Of a stretch of DNA of 44,044 nucleotides, positions 40,634 to 44,044 are shown piece by piece. The stretch lies in IMG/VR virus record IMGVR_UViG_3300029084_000003; one strand, 5' to 3'. The notes beneath the pieces are model-generated. The model did not search any database, was not told the origin of the DNA, and worked only from the letters and a program-made list of their open reading frames with translations. This stretch comes from a virus. Positions within the stretch are counted from its first letter, which is position 1, and each line of letters begins with the position of its first letter. Both the position numbers and the translations under genes were made by a program.

Positions 40634-43588
40634 TTACGCAAAATATGAATCACCCGTCGGATAATCGTCCTGAGTTAGATACGACACCGAGCCACCATAA
40701 CTACCAGAAGCTTTGGAAATGTTGCTATACCAGCCGACCGTTCCTCCGCTTGGCGTACTTGAATACATAGCGGTAGATTGTCCGGGATCTGAAAAGCTCA
40801 AGCAGCTTGCAACAATCTTGTTTGTCAAATAAGGCTTGTAACCGGGTCTAATATCTGCGAGCCTCAAGAAATTGTACTGATTAGCTATTGTGTGAATTTG
40901 AAAGTTGGCGGTCACCAAATTGCCACGTCTTGTGTAGTAAATATATGCCCAATCAATATCAATATTGCTTAGCGCGGTTGTATTGACGTAGAAAAATGTC
41001 ACGTTGTCTGTTGATTTGAATTCAGACTGAATATATTTTTTTGTAGCGGCACTGGGGTCGCTGATCAATGTTTGTAACTGAAGTGCACCACGTTGGAGTG
41101 CAACTGACGACACGCTCCCCTTTCGATCGGGTGTCGTGATGTAGTTGAACATTCCATTTGGGCTCAAAAGTGATTTGTAGTATTGACCGTTGGGATTACC
41201 ATTATTGTCTTCGATGTTGCCCAATATACTTAGACTTGCATCTTTGAGTTCAAGATTGCCAGAACTCTTGGCACCGTCAATCTGAACATGGCTGAATGGT
41301 GAATTAATGTCAGGCGAATTGATGGTTGAGGTATCAACCTCAATCGATTGCAGTTTTTTGATGCTAAGCACTGCCTGCTGAATGCTCTGGTCAACCCAAG
41401 TTGACCCATTGTAATACTGCAATGCTGTGGCATCGTTAAGTGTTGTCCCATGCCACCACAAATCGCCTTTCTTGGGACTAGCGGGCGTGCCCAACTGAAT
41501 GTATGTGTATGGCACATCCTTGCTTCCGGGAACGCCTTGCAGTCCTTGAGGCCCCTGTGGACCTTGAGGGCCTTGAGGACCAGTATCGCCCTTTGGCCCC
41601 TGCACTAGTTGCCAAGAATAAAGTGCCGGATTCGTGCTATCGGCCTGTGTAAAGTCTGTATAACTACCGATGTACTTGCGAGAACCCGGAGTATCCAGTG
41701 AGAAATTCGTTTTACCGTCACTACTGTCAGCATATGCAATATGGAAGTACGGTGTCTTGCCATCGGCACCCGCTTTGCCTGGCACCCCATCTTTACCATC
41801 AGCACCGTCCGCTCCCTTAATCAGTGACCAGCTATAGGCGCTTGGATTCGTGCTGTCACCAGATGTGAAGTCACTGTAGAAGCCAATGTACTTACGATTA
41901 GAAGCAGTAGTAGAGAAATCGGTGTTGCCATCTTGACTGTTTGCATAAGCAAAGTGAGCATAAGCGGTACGACCATCAGCACCTTTTGCACCGGGCAACC
42001 CTTGATCGCCTTTTGGACCCACGTCACCGTCTTCACCTTTAAAAAGTGCCCAATTGTAATCAGCCGGATTGGTGCTATCAGCAAGTGTGAAATCGCTGTA
42101 CGTACCAATATACTTTTTGCCATCACCACCGGATACCGTGAACCCACTTTGACCGCTTACATCATTCGCCCAAGCGGTGTGGAAATAGCTTGTACGGCCA
42201 TCAGCACCTTTTGCACCCGGAACACCGTCAGCACCATCCTTTCCCTGAATAAGCGCCCAATGGCCAGCGTAATCAGATGGATTGTCACTTGGAACGGATG
42301 TCTCATTTGACCAAACGATTGCCATATATTGCTTGCCCGTTGGGAAGGCACTCATATTGGTGCCTTTATCGTCATCGGCATAGCGGAGCCAAGGATAGTA
42401 TTGAACGGTTTTTGAGATATTCGACATCTGGTTGGCAAGCTCACTGAGGCGTTCGTCAAAGCTGACGGTCTCGTGCGCAAACTCACCCAAAGTAAGTTTG
42501 ACAGAATGGTTAGCACGGCTGCGCTGAATGCTCAACACTTTGGCAGACAGGAATAGCTGTTGATTCTCATCTGCAATGTGGACGGTTTGATTAAGCGGTA
42601 CGTATGGTGAATTAACTAGATCAATATCATACGTTTCGTTTGGATGATTGTATTTCTTCAAATCTGCCAAAGCCGCTTGCAAAAGTTCTGCCTGCGATTT
42701 TGAATCAAACGTTTTAACCCGATTCCAGTCAGACTGTGTTGGGTTAGGGTTGCTGTTGCTTAACAATCTTGAATATTTCTGCACAGCAATGGTATCGTGC
42801 AAGAACCCATACCGATCAAGCACAAACTGTCCCGTTGGATCAGTCCATTTGTAGCCGATCAAGTTGATTGGATCCTGATTAGTTGATCCATCCTTGCTTT
42901 CTGGCACCGCTCCATACGCCTTAATCGATGTTTCCATGTCATAGGTATCGAGGTGCGTGACGATATTGTTGATGTCCTTATTCATTTCAAAGGAAATCAA
43001 GCTGTCACCGGCCGTTTCATGCCGAATGTTAATGACACGCTTAACCAAGTTGGTTCCAACAAACTCAAAGCCAAAGCTAAGCACTGCGTCAAAGTCTTTT
43101 GCCACGGCAATAATGCGGGCCAGTGAAGTTGCTTCATCAGTCCACTCAAGCGTTCGGACATTGTCAGGAAATTCGTTGATGCCAATCTCCCAGCCAGAAT
43201 CATTTGTAAACCTTGTGATGTAGTCAGCGATGGTATATGGTTTGTCGGCCTTGAAGGCGCCAACGGTTTCATTAATCAAATCATTACCAGCATCGCTGGC
43301 AACAATTGAATGGATATGGCCTAGTGAATCATGCTCAACCGATTCAATCACCATTTGGTGGCCGTTGCCTTCTTCATCTTGATACATGATGAAGTTGGTT
43401 GCTTTAGCCATCTCATTGACTGCTTGTTCCTGATCAGTCGTGAAGTGAATATCAAGAGAAAGCTCGACCGCAGGACGATTGTCAACGCTTTGTGTTTCTA
43501 TATCGTTGTCAATTCGCCATTCGCCTTTGCCATCAGTCGACCCAACACCCAAAATGTTTGATTTTCGATCTGCAAAGTAATACTCCAT
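40634..43588 (-). CDS. Tail-associated protein / antireceptor (Tal) with four repeated modules and a collagen-like segment
   Basis: 984 aa. The N-terminal roughly 380 aa are gp27-like tail-tip type. Four repeats of about 55 aa (..F/Y.A.A......KYIG.YSDFT..DS.NP..Y.W.L..G) are separated by G-X-Y runs. GPKGDTGPQGPQGPQGPQGLQGVPG follows, then a C-terminal head domain. Confidence 0.8.
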   Translation of the reverse strand: MEYYFADRKSNILGVGSTDGKGEWRIDNDIETQSVDNRPAVELSLDIHFTTDQEQAVNEMAKATNFIMYQDEEGNGHQMVIESVEHDSLGHIHSIVASDAGNDLINETVGAFKADKPYTIADYITRFTNDSGWEIGINEFPDNVRTLEWTDEATSLARIIAVAKDFDAVLSFGFEFVGTNLVKRVINIRHETAGDSLISFEMNKDINNIVTHLDTYDMETSIKAYGAVPESKDGSTNQDPINLIGYKWTDPTGQFVLDRYGFLHDTIAVQKYSRLLSNSNPNPTQSDWNRVKTFDSKSQAELLQAALADLKKYNHPNETYDIDLVNSPYVPLNQTVHIADENQQLFLSAKVLSIQRSRANHSVKLTLGEFAHETVSFDERLSELANQMSNISKTVQYYPWLRYADDDKGTNMSAFPTGKQYMAIVWSNETSVPSDNPSDYAGHWALIQGKDGADGVPGAKGADGRTSYFHTAWANDVSGQSGFTVSGGDGKKYIGTYSDFTLADSTNPADYNWALFKGEDGDVGPKGDQGLPGAKGADGRTAYAHFAYANSQDGNTDFSTTASNRKYIGFYSDFTSGDSTNPSAYSWSLIKGADGADGKDGVPGKAGADGKTPYFHIAYADSSDGKTNFSLDTPGSRKYIGSYTDFTQADSTNPALYSWQLVQGPKGDTGPQGPQGPQGPQGLQGVPGSKDVPYTYIQLGTPASPKKGDLWWHGTTLNDATALQYYNGSTWVDQSIQQAVLSIKKLQSIEVDTSTINSPDINSPFSHVQIDGAKSSGNLELKDASLSILGNIEDNNGNPNGQYYKSLLSPNGMFNYITTPDRKGSVSSVALQRGALQLQTLISDPSAATKKYIQSEFKSTDNVTFFYVNTTALSNIDIDWAYIYYTRRGNLVTANFQIHTIANQYNFLRLADIRPGYKPYLTNKIVASCLSFSDPGQSTAMYSSTPSGGTVGWYSNISKASGSYGGSVSYLTQDDYPTGDSYFA

Positions 43589-44044
43589 TTATAGCCAGGC
43601 CTCCCTTATCTCGACTTCACACGCAAATGGTTGTGCCCAGCTCGAGGGCGTGATAGCAATCTTAGTATCACCGGGCGGCAGTTTGAATTGCTCCCATTGA
43701 TTACCTAGCGTGTGCATGGTTGGATCAAGAGAACCGTTCAAGTACGTCTTAGCGTTCGCCACATCAATCTTGAGAACATCGCCATCGCTGAAACGATTCT
43801 TGATATTCGTATACCAGCTAACGTTCTGCCATTTGACGGTGGACGCAATCAGATACATGGTCGATTCGCCCCACGTCTTGTCACGCATGAACCACGCGGA
43901 AAATTGCTTAGTCTCGACACTAGCAGCATCCGCAAAGGTAAACTGGCGGGTAATAGTCGTCTCTCGTCCTTGATTGCCAACCCATGGGGACACTCGGAAA
44001 ACAACTGAATTACCAAATTTCTGTAATTCCAACTGAATGAACTT
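43589..44044 (-). CDS. Distal tail protein (Dit), 3' part (continuation of 1..1579 across the junction)
   Basis: Same frame as the 1..1579 ORF. The Met of the track ORF at 44032 is an internal TTG. Stop lies at 43589, and the Tal start ATG follows at 43588. Confidence 0.75.
   Translation of the reverse strand, partial: KFIQLELQKFGNSVVFRVSPWVGNQGRETTITRQFTFADAASVETKQFSAWFMRDKTWGESTMYLIASTVKWQNVSWYTNIKNRFSDGDVLKIDVANAKTYLNGSLDPTMHTLGNQWEQFKLPPGDTKIAITPSSWAQPFACEVEIREAWL
43927..44044. repeat. Terminal duplication, identical to 1..118
   Basis: Same 118-nt string as the window start. Unique genome length is therefore 43,926 bp. Confidence 0.95.

Noticed and set aside
41230-42351. Alternative-frame ORFs within the Tal repeat and collagen region
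   Set aside because: Repetitive G-X-Y coding DNA keeps other frames open by chance. The 984-aa frame has clear domain logic.
44030-44032. Start codon of the 147-aa ORF 43589..44032
   Set aside because: It is an internal TTG (Leu) of Dit. The ORF continues upstream through the circular junction into 1..1579.

Overview
The window is one complete, circularly closed genome of a temperate siphovirus. Bases 1..118 are identical to 43927..44044, so the unique length is 43,926 bp and the junction falls inside the distal tail protein gene. Gene content and two diagnostic C CCA AAA -1 frameshift sites at the ends of the capsid and tail genes point to a Lactobacillus phage A2-like (Lacticaseibacillus casei group) cos-type phage. 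I could not run a search, so this host call is an inference.

Almost all lytic genes are on the minus strand, in this order (descending coordinates):
- cro and antirepressors
- recombination and replication: Gp157, Sak4-like ATPase, SSB-like protein, replisome organiser, DnaB helicase, RusA
- small early genes
- ArpU-type late regulator
- HNH, TerS, TerL, portal, protease, capsid, connectors, major tail protein, G/GT chaperones, tape measure, Dit, Tal
- holin and a secreted GH25/LysM endolysin

The plus strand carries the lysogeny module: a cI-like HTH-S24 repressor, about seven cargo genes, and a tyrosine integrase followed by a putative attP. An intact IS3-family element with a TAG target duplication sits in a terminator next to attP.

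The most unusual part is the accessory region at about 16.7-20.2 kb:
- an ORF-free, hairpin-dense minus-strand stretch of about 1.07 kb with three degenerate tRNA-like modules, which I read as a candidate giant structured phage RNA of the GOLLD/ROOL type or something new
- immediately downstream, an orphan proteasome-beta/HslV-like Ntn hydrolase whose Shine-Dalgarno sequence is buried in a terminator hairpin
- several plus-strand units of promoter, 5' hairpin and terminator that look like small RNAs antisense to the lytic transcripts, plus a CsbD-like moron

All protein calls rest on motifs read from the translations. No database searches were possible.
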